This document shows, piece by piece, positions 45,145 to 54,692 of a stretch of 64,000 bases of DNA (positions are counted from its first letter, which is position 1; each line of letters opens with the position of its first letter). Where the stretch lies: positions 17,678-81,677 of the forward strand of contig JBBIRR010000011.1 in assembly GCA_037441705.1 (NCBI GenBank), written 5' to 3'. The DNA comes from Ignavibacteriales bacterium. Its GTDB lineage: Bacteria; Bacteroidota; Ignavibacteria; UBA10030; UBA6906. The translations under genes were made by a program, and so were the position numbers. The notes beneath the pieces are model-generated. The model worked only from the letters and a program-made list of their open reading frames with translations, was not told the DNA's origin and ran no database searches.

Positions 45145-46292
45145 GGCGACTCGCAGTTGCCGTGGTGCTGATTGTGGTGCTTGCGACTCAGACTCTTGCA
45201 CAGACAGTCCCCGGGCCTGAGTTCGACGAGTTGACGCGCAAAGGCATCGAGTACATTTATAACCTGGAATTCGAACATGCCGAGAAGATCTTCCAGGGAC
45301 TGGCCAAAGCGTACCCCCGGCACCCGGCCGGCCATTTCTTTCTCGCTATGGTGACCTGGTGGCGGATTCTCATCGACATTGACGATGAGCAGTATGATGA
45401 GGCATTCTACGATGCGCTGGATCGGGTGATTGATTTGTGCGATGAGCTGTTGGAAGAAAATGAGAATGATGTGACGGCGCTCTTTTTCAAAGGCGGCGCG
45501 ATCGGATTCAAAGGGCGTTTGAAAGCGCATCGCAGCTCGTGGCTCGATGCCGCCAACGCCGGACGCAAAGCACTGCCGATTGTGCGCGAAGCATCCGCTC
45601 TCGATCCGAACAACAGCGACATTCTGCTCGGGACCGGCATCTACAACTACTACGCCGAGGTGATTCCGAACGAGTATCCGTTCGTGAAACCGTTGCTGCT
45701 GTTCGTTCCCCCGGGCGACAAGGTGAAAGGTATCCAGCAGATTACAACCGCTGCCGAAAAAGGAAAGTACGCCAACATCGAGTCGACGTACTTTCTCATG
45801 CAAATCTACTATCAATTCGAAAAAGACTATCCGAAGGCGTTAGAACTTGCCCAGAAGCTGCATCAGCGCTTTCCGAACAACATGCTTTTTCACAAGTACC
45901 TCGGACGCTGTTATGTGGTGCTGGGTCGGTGGGACAACGTCAAGGAGGTGTTTGGGGAAATTGCCGCGCGGTGCAAGAAGAACCAGCGCGGCTACGGTCC
46001 ACTCGTCGAGCGTGAAGCCGAATACTACCTCGGCATGTACGACCTGAATGTTGGCGCACATGAGTCGGCCTTGAAGCACTTCCTGCGCTGCGACGAGTTG
46101 AGCCGAACACTCGATAAGGACGGCCCCTCCGGCTTCATGGTGCTTGCCAACTTGAAGATGGGTAACATCTACGATGCGCTTGCCAGGCGCGATCTTGCTC
46201 TGCTACAGTATCGCAAGGTCCTCAAGATGAAGGAGTTCAAGGACTCGCACGAGCTGGCAGAGCAGTACATCAAAACTCCTTTCTCGCGATAG
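45141..46292 (+). CDS. Exported tetratricopeptide-repeat protein
   Basis: Signal peptide and repeated helical TPR patterns (ALDPNN, AEYYLG, MGNIYD); ATGA overlap with the CPBP gene. Confidence 0.8.
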   Translation: MRRLAVAVVLIVVLATQTLAQTVPGPEFDELTRKGIEYIYNLEFEHAEKIFQGLAKAYPRHPAGHFFLAMVTWWRILIDIDDEQYDEAFYDALDRVIDLCDELLEENENDVTALFFKGGAIGFKGRLKAHRSSWLDAANAGRKALPIVREASALDPNNSDILLGTGIYNYYAEVIPNEYPFVKPLLLFVPPGDKVKGIQQITTAAEKGKYANIESTYFLMQIYYQFEKDYPKALELAQKLHQRFPNNMLFHKYLGRCYVVLGRWDNVKEVFGEIAARCKKNQRGYGPLVEREAEYYLGMYDLNVGAHESALKHFLRCDELSRTLDKDGPSGFMVLANLKMGNIYDALARRDLALLQYRKVLKMKEFKDSHELAEQYIKTPFSR

Positions 46293-46298
46293 GGTTCG

Positions 46299-47045
46299 AT
46301 GCACCTCACAGTAATACTCTACGGTTTGGTTGCCGCCTTCGCGGAGATTCTTGGCGGATCGCTCGTGGTTCTTCGCAAGGAGTGGCCCCGACAGGTACAG
46401 GAGTATTTGCTTGCCCTGAGCGCAGGATTCATTCTCGCCCTGGTGTTCGTGGAATTGGTGCCTGAGAGTATCCATGCGGTGGGAACGCATGCGACGCTCT
46501 ACATGCTGCTCGGCTACTCGGTGCTCCATTTCTTCGAGCACACCGTGGTGCATCACCTGCATTTTGGAGAAGAGACGCACCCCGAGATGATGGTCTCGAA
46601 GGTCGCAAGCTTCACAACATTCGGCGGACTGTTCATCCACGCATTCTTCGATGGCTTTGCCATCTCGGCGGGCATGCAGTTCGACTTCTACCTCGGCATT
46701 CTGATTTTCGTTGCTGTGCTTCTGCACAAGATTCCCGAGGGGCTGACCATTGCCTCGGTGATGTTGGCGGCCGAACACCGGCGGCGGACGGCATTCCTTG
46801 CGTCGCTGGCCATCGGCATTGCCACGATGCTCGGCGTCGTCAGTGTCTTTCTGCTGGCGGATGTTAATGAGAAAATCGTCGGCATTGCATTCGCATTTTC
46901 GGCAGGACTGGCAACGTATGTGGGGGCAAGCGACCTGATTCCGGAAATCAATCATTCAAAGAATCGGATCATACCTCTTCTGGTGTTTGGAGGCATAGGG
47001 TTGTTTTATGTGGGGAAGGTCCTTCTCTCGCCGCTTGCCCATTAA
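46299..47045 (+). CDS. ZIP family divalent metal transporter
   Basis: His-rich loop HHLHFGEETH; motifs HAFFDG, LHKIPEG and SDLIPE. Confidence 0.92.
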   Translation: MHLTVILYGLVAAFAEILGGSLVVLRKEWPRQVQEYLLALSAGFILALVFVELVPESIHAVGTHATLYMLLGYSVLHFFEHTVVHHLHFGEETHPEMMVSKVASFTTFGGLFIHAFFDGFAISAGMQFDFYLGILIFVAVLLHKIPEGLTIASVMLAAEHRRRTAFLASLAIGIATMLGVVSVFLLADVNEKIVGIAFAFSAGLATYVGASDLIPEINHSKNRIIPLLVFGGIGLFYVGKVLLSPLAH

Positions 47046-47050
47046 ATGCG

Positions 47051-47074
47051 AAAGCCGCTGCAGTGCACAGCGGC
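47051..47074 (-). terminator. Hairpin between convergent ZIP and PorV/PorQ genes
   Basis: Stem GCCGCTG / CAGCGGC with a 7-nt loop; short T-run on the minus strand. Confidence 0.45.
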
Positions 47075-47098
47075 GTCGTTCCCTTGAAAGGCGTGGAA

Positions 47099-48046
47099 TT
47101 AGAACGTGCTGCTGATGGTTATGCGATGCAGATTCCCGATTGAACCGAGTGAGGAGAGAGCGTAATCCAGTTTGTACTCTTTGATTGTTATTCCAATCCC
47201 GCCAGAAAATCCTGCGAGGCCCCCTGAGGTTCCGGTTTTCAATTCCTGCCGGTGCTCATTGTTATAGCCCACGCGCGCTTGAAAGACTTTGCTCAGCGTG
47301 AACTCACCGCCGATCGAGAACGCCTTGAAGCGATCACCGAACGTCGCAACATCCTCGTTCAGTTTGTGGAAGTTCAGATTCAACAGCAGCGGAATTCCTT
47401 TCGGGATAATGGACATTCCAACGACAAGATCGAGGGGGAGATTCTCTTTTGTGGATGCATACGCGCTGAGTTGGGCGCCAAGGTTCCGCAGGCTGGCGCC
47501 GAGCGTGACGCGGCTGTCGGGGATGTTGTACAGCAATCCGAAGTCGACCGCAAGTCCCGTGGAGGAATATTCGGCGATGCCGGAATAGATGAACTTCGCG
47601 TTCACGCCGTAGTAAAGGTTTTCTTCCCACATACGTGAGTACCCGAGCGATACGGCAAGCTCGTTGGCGCTGAACGTGCCCAGCGTGTTGCCTAAGTCGT
47701 CGGTGCGGTTGAACGAGCCGTAGTTCATGTAGAGGACGCCCACCCCGAAGTAGCCGAGGTCTTCGTATTCCTGCGCGTAAGCCGCGTAGCCCGAATTGAT
47801 GTCCAGAAGATGTTTGTAGAATCCGATGGAGCCGGTCGGCTGCTCGATCGTTGCCAGTGCCGCGGGATTGTAGAAGATTGTCGTCGCGTCATTCATGATC
47901 GAGACGTAGCTTCCTGCCAATGCGCCGGCGCGAGCACTCACGTCGGACCGCAGGAAGTCGTATGTTGAATTGCTTCCCGCAAAAGATGCAGAACGAGCGA
48001 AGAGGATCAGAGCTGCACTCAGCAGGCACAGCGCGGTGGACTTCAT
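47099..48046 (-). CDS. PorV/PorQ-family outer-membrane beta-barrel (type IX secretion)
   Basis: Signal peptide; motifs YDFLRSDVSARAGALAG, IFYNPAAL, AVDFG, LRNLG, RVGYN, LDYA and HRITISSTF. Confidence 0.85.
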   Translation of the reverse strand: MKSTALCLLSAALILFARSASFAGSNSTYDFLRSDVSARAGALAGSYVSIMNDATTIFYNPAALATIEQPTGSIGFYKHLLDINSGYAAYAQEYEDLGYFGVGVLYMNYGSFNRTDDLGNTLGTFSANELAVSLGYSRMWEENLYYGVNAKFIYSGIAEYSSTGLAVDFGLLYNIPDSRVTLGASLRNLGAQLSAYASTKENLPLDLVVGMSIIPKGIPLLLNLNFHKLNEDVATFGDRFKAFSIGGEFTLSKVFQARVGYNNEHRQELKTGTSGGLAGFSGGIGITIKEYKLDYALSSLGSIGNLHRITISSTF

Positions 48047-48167
48047 GGCATTTCTCCTTCACGATAGAACATCGCTCCCTCAATCTATCGAATCAATATC
48101 GGAATAGCAACTTATCCCTCCACCGAAAGCAGCCTCGACAGACCCAACGTTCCTGCCGAACCGGAGT

Positions 48168-48196
48168 TTGCGTCTCTACATCCATTTGGTTATCTT
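48168..48196 (+). promoter_or_regulatory. Putative promoter of rpmE
   Basis: TTGCGT, 17 nt spacer, TATCTT. Confidence 0.5.
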
Positions 48197-48241
48197 TTTT
48201 GCAGTTCAATCATCCAGTATTTGCGTGAGGAAGAGAGCAGC

Positions 48242-48460
48242 ATGAAACCCGGCATTCATCCCGAATACAAAAAGGCAATTGTGACCTGCGTGTGCGGCAA
48301 CACGTTCGAAACGCGTTCGACGGTAGGCGACCTCCGATTGGAAATCTGTTCCAACTGCCACCCCTTCTTTACCGGACGCCAGAAGTTGGTTGACTCGGCA
48401 GGCCGTGTCGAAAAATACAACCGGAAGTACGCTAAGAAGTCGGCTCCGGCACAAGCCTGA
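48242..48460 (+). CDS. rpmE: 50S ribosomal protein L31 (Zn-binding type)
   Basis: Motifs [24 protein letters not shown] and GRVEKY. Confidence 0.97.
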   Translation: MKPGIHPEYKKAIVTCVCGNTFETRSTVGDLRLEICSNCHPFFTGRQKLVDSAGRVEKYNRKYAKKSAPAQA

Positions 48461-48493
48461 AGCCGCGGCAGAGCCGCACGAAGTGAGTTCATT

Positions 48494-48523
48494 CTGGCGC
48501 CTGAACCGGGGCGCCAGTTTTGT
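48494..48523 (+). terminator. Intrinsic terminator after rpmE
   Basis: Stem CTGGCGCC / GGCGCCAG followed by TTTTGT. Confidence 0.65.
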
Positions 48524-48638
48524 ATCCAACGGTATCTACGTTGAGCGCGCATCATGCACCTTGGTAGTTGCATCACATCTTCTTCCTTTCCTGCTGCCCA
48601 GGACGCCCTCACCAGATCGACTTCTTGGGTGACGAGCA

Positions 48639-50015
48639 ATGGCTGAGCACGACACTGAAACGCAGGAACCACGTCGGCGCACACTGTACGAAGGTGTGCG
48701 GGGCACGGCGGTGAAGATTCTTAACCGCGTCGAACGTACCGACGCCTATCTCGACAAGTTGTTGGATAGCGAGCTTCGCTCCGGGGAAATCCCGGATGTG
48801 GACAAGGGCTTGCTGACGGAGCTTGTGCACGGCGTTCTGCGCTGGCAGAACAAGTTGGATTGGGTTCTGAACGGCTTTTCCCACGGCAACTTTGCCAAGT
48901 CCGAAATTAACGTGAAGAACGCGCTTCGTGTGGGATTGTATCAAATCCTGTTTCTCGAGCGCATTCCGCATGCCGCGGCGGTGAACGAAGCGGTGGAATT
49001 CATCAAACGCATTCGCGGCGAGAAACCTGCCGGGCTGGTGAACGCCGTTCTCCGCAACATCATCCGCAACATTGACGGCATCCGCTATCCCGATCCGGCG
49101 CAGGACCGCGTCCAGCATCTTTCCGTCGTTCTGTCTCACCCTCACTGGATGGTCAAGCGATGGGTCGCGCGCTTCGGTCCCGAAGAAACCGAAAAACTTC
49201 TCACCGTCAACAACGAACGCCCGCTTCTTTCGCTCCGCATCAACAAACTCAAAGTTGAACCGGGAGCCTTTCTACGGCAACTCGACGTTCAGCAAATTCC
49301 GTATCAAGGTTCGAGCCACATTGACTATTTTATCAAAGTGAAGAGCTTTCCGCGCATCGGGCAGAATGAAATGTTCCGCACCGGTCTCTTCACCATTCAG
49401 GATGAAAGTGCAGCGTTTCCGTGTCTGCTGCTCGGCGCGAAGCCGGGCGAGCGGGTTCTTGACCTGTGTGCTGCCCCCGGCGGCAAAACGACCCACATTG
49501 CCGAGATCATGAAGAACGAAGGCGAGGTGATTGCCCTCGATAAGTACGAGGTCAAGCTCAACTTCATCCGCGCGGCGTGTGATCGGCTCGGCCTGAAGAA
49601 TGTGAAATTTGTTGTGGGCGACGCGGCAACCTTCGAACACGAGCCGGTCGACCGCATCATGCTTGATGTTCCGTGTTCCGGGTTGGGCGTGCTTGCCAAG
49701 AAGCCCGACCTGAAGTGGAAGCGCGACATTGCCGATGTCATCAAGCTGTCACGGATTCAACGGGAACTGATTGAAAACGCTGCGCGTCTGCTCAAGCCCG
49801 GGGGCGTTCTCGTGTACAGCACCTGTACCACCGAGCCGGAAGAAAACCAGGAGGTTGTCCGTCACTTTCTTGCCAACCATCCGGAGTTCGTGCTGGACAA
49901 CGCCGCGCAGTTTGTGAGCAAGGATGTCGTGACGCCCGAGGGCTTCATCGAGACCTTCCCGCATCGCCACGGCATGGATGGATCGTTTGCTGCACGACTG
50001 GTGAAGAAAGGATGA
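48639..50015 (+). CDS. rsmB: 16S rRNA m5C967 methyltransferase
   Basis: NusB-like N-domain (VNAVLR); motifs SHPHW, IQD, DLCAAPGGKT, DVPCSG and YSTCT. Confidence 0.93.
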   Translation: MAEHDTETQEPRRRTLYEGVRGTAVKILNRVERTDAYLDKLLDSELRSGEIPDVDKGLLTELVHGVLRWQNKLDWVLNGFSHGNFAKSEINVKNALRVGLYQILFLERIPHAAAVNEAVEFIKRIRGEKPAGLVNAVLRNIIRNIDGIRYPDPAQDRVQHLSVVLSHPHWMVKRWVARFGPEETEKLLTVNNERPLLSLRINKLKVEPGAFLRQLDVQQIPYQGSSHIDYFIKVKSFPRIGQNEMFRTGLFTIQDESAAFPCLLLGAKPGERVLDLCAAPGGKTTHIAEIMKNEGEVIALDKYEVKLNFIRAACDRLGLKNVKFVVGDAATFEHEPVDRIMLDVPCSGLGVLAKKPDLKWKRDIADVIKLSRIQRELIENAARLLKPGGVLVYSTCTTEPEENQEVVRHFLANHPEFVLDNAAQFVSKDVVTPEGFIETFPHRHGMDGSFAARLVKKG

Positions 50016-50045
50016 TCACGTATCTGACACTACCGGGAGACTATC

Positions 50046-51263
50046 ATGGCTGATTATCTTGAACTTGTGACGAAAGAACTGAAGCAGTTGGAGGAGACCA
50101 AAACCTACAAGTACGAAGTTCCGCTGCAGGGTCCGCAGGACGGCGTTGTTCGCGTCAACGGCAAGAAGGTCGTCATGCTGGCATCGAACAATTATCTTGG
50201 ACTATCCAATCACCCCGTCATTCGGAAGGCGGCGATTCAGGGCATCAGAAAGTACGGCTACGGTGTTGCGTCTGTGCGCTTTATCTGCGGTACGCAGGAT
50301 ATTCACCTTGAGCTGGAAAAGAAAATCTCGAAATTCCTCGGCACGGAGGATACGATTCTCTTTTCATCCTGCTGGGCTGCGAACGAGGCATTCTTCGCTG
50401 CGCTGACGAACGAGAAGCTGGGCTACGAAACCTACAAGGATGTTATCTACTCCGACCGACTGAATCATGCAAGCATCATTGACGGGCAGCGACTCTGCAA
50501 GGCGGAGACGACGGTCCGCAAAATCTACAATCATAACGACGTGGACGATCTTGTCCGGCAACTGGAAGAGGATCGCTACACCGACTCTCGCTTTCGCATT
50601 ATCGCAACCGACGGTGTCTTCAGCATGGAGGGAGACCTTGCGCACTTAGACAAGCTGGTAGAGGTTGCCCGCAAGTACAACGCCATCCTGTTTGTGGATG
50701 ATTCGCATGCCGTTGGTGTGTGCGGCAAATCCGGGCGCGGAACACCCGAAGCGAAAGGCGTACACGGGAAGATTGATGTGCTGACCGGAACGCTCGGCAA
50801 AGCCATCGGCGGGGCGGCCGGCGGCTACATCAGCGGCAAGAAGGAGCTGATTGCCTACATGCGGCAGAAAGCCCGGCCGTACACGTTCTCCAACTCGTTG
50901 CCGGCACCGATCGTTTACGGTGCTCTTGCTGCCTTCGACATGCTGATGAGGAACCGCTCTCTTGTAACGAAGCTGCACAAAAACACCGCGTACTTCCGCC
51001 GGGAGATCGTCAAGCTCGGCTACACCATTCTCGAAGGCGAGCACCCGATTGTTCCCATCATGCTAGGCGAAGCTGCCGTCGCTCAGGAGATGAGCCGGGA
51101 GTTGTTGAAGGCCGGTGTGTACATCAAAGGACTCTGGTTCCCGGTTGTGCCGCGCGGCGAAGCGCGCTTGCGTGCGCAAATCTCCGCCGCGCTTGAGAAG
51201 AAAGATCTCGATCGCGCCCTCGATGCATTCGAACAGGTGGGGAAGAAGATGAACGTGATTTGA
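50046..51263 (+). CDS. kbl: 2-amino-3-ketobutyrate CoA ligase (glycine C-acetyltransferase)
   Basis: Motifs [43 protein letters not shown] and FPVVP. Confidence 0.9.
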   Translation: MADYLELVTKELKQLEETKTYKYEVPLQGPQDGVVRVNGKKVVMLASNNYLGLSNHPVIRKAAIQGIRKYGYGVASVRFICGTQDIHLELEKKISKFLGTEDTILFSSCWAANEAFFAALTNEKLGYETYKDVIYSDRLNHASIIDGQRLCKAETTVRKIYNHNDVDDLVRQLEEDRYTDSRFRIIATDGVFSMEGDLAHLDKLVEVARKYNAILFVDDSHAVGVCGKSGRGTPEAKGVHGKIDVLTGTLGKAIGGAAGGYISGKKELIAYMRQKARPYTFSNSLPAPIVYGALAAFDMLMRNRSLVTKLHKNTAYFRREIVKLGYTILEGEHPIVPIMLGEAAVAQEMSRELLKAGVYIKGLWFPVVPRGEARLRAQISAALEKKDLDRALDAFEQVGKKMNVI

Positions 51264-51546
51264 CAGTCTCTCACTTATGGATTAGATTGTTGTGAGACCA
51301 CGGTGCCACCTGTCTCGCGGCGATTCAAGAAAGGTGCGCTCATTGTCTTGATGAACATAGCAGGGAGATGTTGGAAGTTATCGGATCGAGATCGAGACAA
51401 GGCGTTGGTTGTCGCCCGGAAAGGAATTGCCTCCGATCTGGGCGCCAGAGTGCCTTCGATTCTTTTGTGAGAAGTACGAAGTGAAAATCAAGCGCGCCCA
51501 CAAATTCGAAGTACCAGTCCAGTCATAACTGCGAAATAGATTGAAT

Positions 51547-52638
51547 ATGAAACCGCTGACAGAAGACAACATTCGCGCCGCGTTGAGAGCCGTCAAAGAC
51601 CCCGACCTGCATCGGGACATCGTTTCGCTCAACTTCGTGAAGGATGTAAAGATTGACGGCAGGGATGTGTCGCTCAAAATCGAGTTGACGACGCCGGCCT
51701 GTCCGGTGCGTGACGAATTGAAAGCTCAAGCAGAGCGTGCTATTCGCAGTTCTATTGAAGGAGTGGGCGCGGTCAACATCGAGATGACGTCGAACGTCAT
51801 GCGGCATGAAAACAAGCAGAAGGAAGCCATCCTCCCCGGCGTGCGCAACACGATTGCGGTGGCCTCAGGCAAAGGCGGCGTCGGAAAATCCACCATTGCC
51901 GTGAATCTTGCAGTCGCTCTGGCCAAAGACGGTGCGCGGGTCGGGCTTGTTGACGCCGACGTGTACGGGCCCAGCATTCCTCTGATGATGGGGCTGAAAG
52001 GACGTCCGCAGGTCAAAGGGCAGCGGCTTCAACCGATGGAGAACTACGGCGTGAAGGTGATGTCCATCGGCTTTCTCGTCGATCCGATGCAGGCCGTCAT
52101 CTGGCGAGGACCGATGGCAAGCGGCGCAGTCAAGCAGTTCATGTCCGATGTGGATTGGGGTGAGCTTGATTATCTCGTGTTCGATCTTCCGCCCGGCACC
52201 GGCGACATTCAACTGACGCTCGTGCAGACGATTCCGCTGACCGGAGCCGTCATCGTCACGACGCCGCAGGATATTTCTCTTGCCGATGCGCGCAAAGGGT
52301 TCGTTATGTTTCAGAAGGTGAATGTTCCGGTGTTCGGCATAATCGAGAACATGAGCTACTACATCTGCTCGCATTGCGGCCAGCGCGAGAATATTTTCGA
52401 CAACGGCGGCGGTCGCCGCGCCGCGGAAGAGCTGGGTGTTCCTTTTCTCGGCGAAATCCCGATCTATACGTCCATCAGAGTCGCAGGCGATACGGGAATG
52501 CCGGTGGTGATGGATGAGCGCTACAAGGCGCAGGGTGACATCATCCAGCAGATAGCTCGCAATCTTGCCGCGCAGATCAGCATCCGCAACGCTCAGCAAG
52601 AGACTGCCCCTGCGATCGATATTCAGTTGATGCAGTAA
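51547..52638 (+). CDS. apbC: Fe-S cluster carrier Mrp/ApbC with N-terminal DUF59 domain
   Basis: Motifs VKDPDL, LTTPACP, SGKGGVGKST, DADVYGPS, WRGPM, DLPPGTGD and ENMS...CSHC. Confidence 0.93.
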   Translation: MKPLTEDNIRAALRAVKDPDLHRDIVSLNFVKDVKIDGRDVSLKIELTTPACPVRDELKAQAERAIRSSIEGVGAVNIEMTSNVMRHENKQKEAILPGVRNTIAVASGKGGVGKSTIAVNLAVALAKDGARVGLVDADVYGPSIPLMMGLKGRPQVKGQRLQPMENYGVKVMSIGFLVDPMQAVIWRGPMASGAVKQFMSDVDWGELDYLVFDLPPGTGDIQLTLVQTIPLTGAVIVTTPQDISLADARKGFVMFQKVNVPVFGIIENMSYYICSHCGQRENIFDNGGGRRAAEELGVPFLGEIPIYTSIRVAGDTGMPVVMDERYKAQGDIIQQIARNLAAQISIRNAQQETAPAIDIQLMQ

Positions 52639-52748
52639 ATGCCCACGCTGCATCTACGGGAATGAACGCAAATCCCCAACGGGATAGTACGTTATGCGCT
52701 TCTCGTTCTTGAGCGCCAACGCGCAGCGATCAGTTGATGATTTTCCCG

Positions 52749-52985
52749 ATGGATATTACCGAAAAAATAGAACGCGCCCTGGAAACCTGCCGCCCGTACC
52801 TGCGTGTTGATGGCGGCGATGTGAAGCTTGTCCGCTTCAAACCCGATGTCGGCGTAGCGGAACTGAAGTGGGAAGGGACATGCCGAATCTGTCCGATCTC
52901 TGTGCTTACACTGCGCGCGGGTGTGGAGCGAGCGATCATGAAGAATGTGCCGGAAGTAAAGCGGGTCGAAGCCGTGGCGGGCTGA
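52749..52985 (+). CDS. NifU/Nfu-like Fe-S scaffold domain protein
   Basis: Motifs RPYLRVDGGDV, GTCRICP and TLRAGVE. Confidence 0.9.
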   Translation: MDITEKIERALETCRPYLRVDGGDVKLVRFKPDVGVAELKWEGTCRICPISVLTLRAGVERAIMKNVPEVKRVEAVAG

Positions 52986-52998
52986 CGCGGTGTGATTC

Positions 52999-53661
52999 TC
53001 AGAAATCCTTCACTTCTAACACTCTCCCATCTCGAATCTCCAGCACGCGCGCATTCACTTTCTTGACAAGTTCGTGATTGTGTGTTGCCATGATGACGGC
53101 GGTGCCGCGCGTGTTGATGGTCTTCAGAAGCTGAATGATGTCCCACGACGTTGCCGGATCGAGATTGCCGGTTGGCTCATCAGCGAGGAGGAAGAGGGGA
53201 TTGTTGACCAGCGCGCGTGCGATGACGACTCGTTGCTGCTCGCCCCCGGAAAGTTCGTGCGCCATCTTGTTGCGCTGATGGCTCAGACCAACATCGGCCA
53301 GTGCACGCAGCACGCTCTTCTTGATGTCCTTGCCCGGCGTGCCGGTGACGTGCAGTGTGAAGGCAACGTTGTCGAACACCGTTCGATCTTCGAGCAGCCG
53401 GAAGTCTTGGAAAACAATCCCAAGTGTTCGGCGAAGGTGTGGCTTCTCCCGCCGCGTGATGGTTTGGGAGTTGAATTTTCCGACGATCACGCTGCCTTTC
53501 GTCGGCATGACATCCATATAGATAAGCCGCAAGAAGGTACTCTTCCCGCTGCCTGTTGCCCCGACAACAAAGACGAACTCTGCAGGTTGAATGAGCAGCG
53601 ACACATCTTCAAGGACGTTGTGGCCGTTGAATGCGGCGGTGACGTTGGAGAATTGAATCAT
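52999..53661 (-). CDS. ftsE: Cell division ATP-binding protein
   Basis: Motifs [37 protein letters not shown] and MATHN; ATGA overlap with pdxA. Confidence 0.85.
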   Translation of the reverse strand: MIQFSNVTAAFNGHNVLEDVSLLIQPAEFVFVVGATGSGKSTFLRLIYMDVMPTKGSVIVGKFNSQTITRREKPHLRRTLGIVFQDFRLLEDRTVFDNVAFTLHVTGTPGKDIKKSVLRALADVGLSHQRNKMAHELSGGEQQRVVIARALVNNPLFLLADEPTGNLDPATSWDIIQLLKTINTRGTAVIMATHNHELVKKVNARVLEIRDGRVLEVKDF

Positions 53662-54692
53662 CGTTTCGTTCTCGCTCGAAAGACTCCTCTGTTGATGGCA
53701 ACCTGTGCGGCAAGCTTGATCGCTTCGATCATGCTGCCGGGATCGGCAATGCCCTTGCCCGCAATATCGAACGCCGTGCCGTGGTCGGGCGAGGTGCGGA
53801 CGATTGTCAGGCCGACGGAAATGTTCACGGCCTTGCCGAACGATGACATTTTCAGGGGAATCAATCCCTGGTCGTGATACATTGCTACCACTGCATCGTA
53901 CGTGCCCGGCCTGTACTTCCCGAAAAACGCGTCCGCAGGGAATGGGCCCTCGACCTTGATGCGGCTCTTGCGCAGTTCCTGAACGACCGGGCCGACAACA
54001 TCCAGGTCTTCTCTTCCAATATCTCCACCTTCGCTCGCATGCGGGTTGAGGCCCAGCACAGCGACGCGCGGCGAGCGAATCCGCCAATCTGTTCGCAAAG
54101 CATCGTGGATGATGAGAATGCGATCGCGCAGGAGCTGGCGCGACAACATCTCGGACACTTTGCGGAGCGGAACATGAATCGTAGCAAGCCCGACGCGCAG
54201 CCAATCAGACACAAGCATCATGGCCACAGCGGGCGAGTCGGAGAGCCGTTGCAGCAACTCCGTTTGCCCGGGAAAGTCCACGTGGGCAAGATGCAGCGCT
54301 TGCTTCGATACCGGAGCGGTGACAAGAGCGTGGGCCGTTCCGCTTTTGATGAGATAGACGGCGCTTGTGATAGCTTCTGCGGCAACACGTCCGGCCTCCG
54401 GCGAAAGAGTCCCGGGCTCGATGTCGAGTCGAGAGAGTTCGTCGGCAGATTCAAATAGCGGCAGCACGGACGGCTTCGCGGAGATAGTACCGTCGAATGC
54501 GACGAACTGCAAAGGCAATCGCAAGCGCCGGGCGTAGTACGCAAATACTTCTTTCGGCCCGACCAACAATGGTCGGCATACCGCGCGAACGGAGGGATGG
54601 CGGACGCTCTTCAACGTCACCTCCGGTCCGATACCGTTGAAATCGCCGACCGTGATGGCGACAATCGGTTTGGTGGGTTGTGTTCGCATCAA
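53658..54692 (-). CDS. pdxA: 4-hydroxythreonine-4-phosphate dehydrogenase
   Basis: Motifs TVGDFNGIGPE, TAPVSK, LNPHA, GPFPAD, MYHDQGL and RTSPDHGTAFDIAG. Confidence 0.95.
   Translation of the reverse strand: MMRTQPTKPIVAITVGDFNGIGPEVTLKSVRHPSVRAVCRPLLVGPKEVFAYYARRLRLPLQFVAFDGTISAKPSVLPLFESADELSRLDIEPGTLSPEAGRVAAEAITSAVYLIKSGTAHALVTAPVSKQALHLAHVDFPGQTELLQRLSDSPAVAMMLVSDWLRVGLATIHVPLRKVSEMLSRQLLRDRILIIHDALRTDWRIRSPRVAVLGLNPHASEGGDIGREDLDVVGPVVQELRKSRIKVEGPFPADAFFGKYRPGTYDAVVAMYHDQGLIPLKMSSFGKAVNISVGLTIVRTSPDHGTAFDIAGKGIADPGSMIEAIKLAAQVAINRGVFRARTKR

Noticed and set aside
51264-51546. 283-nt gap between kbl and apbC with a short open frame and a small hairpin
   Set aside because: The frame lacks a credible start/SD and no RNA family motif was recognised.
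53662-54204. Apparent N-terminal extension of FtsE
   Set aside because: Overlaps pdxA in another frame; the real start is the ATGA overlap at 53661.
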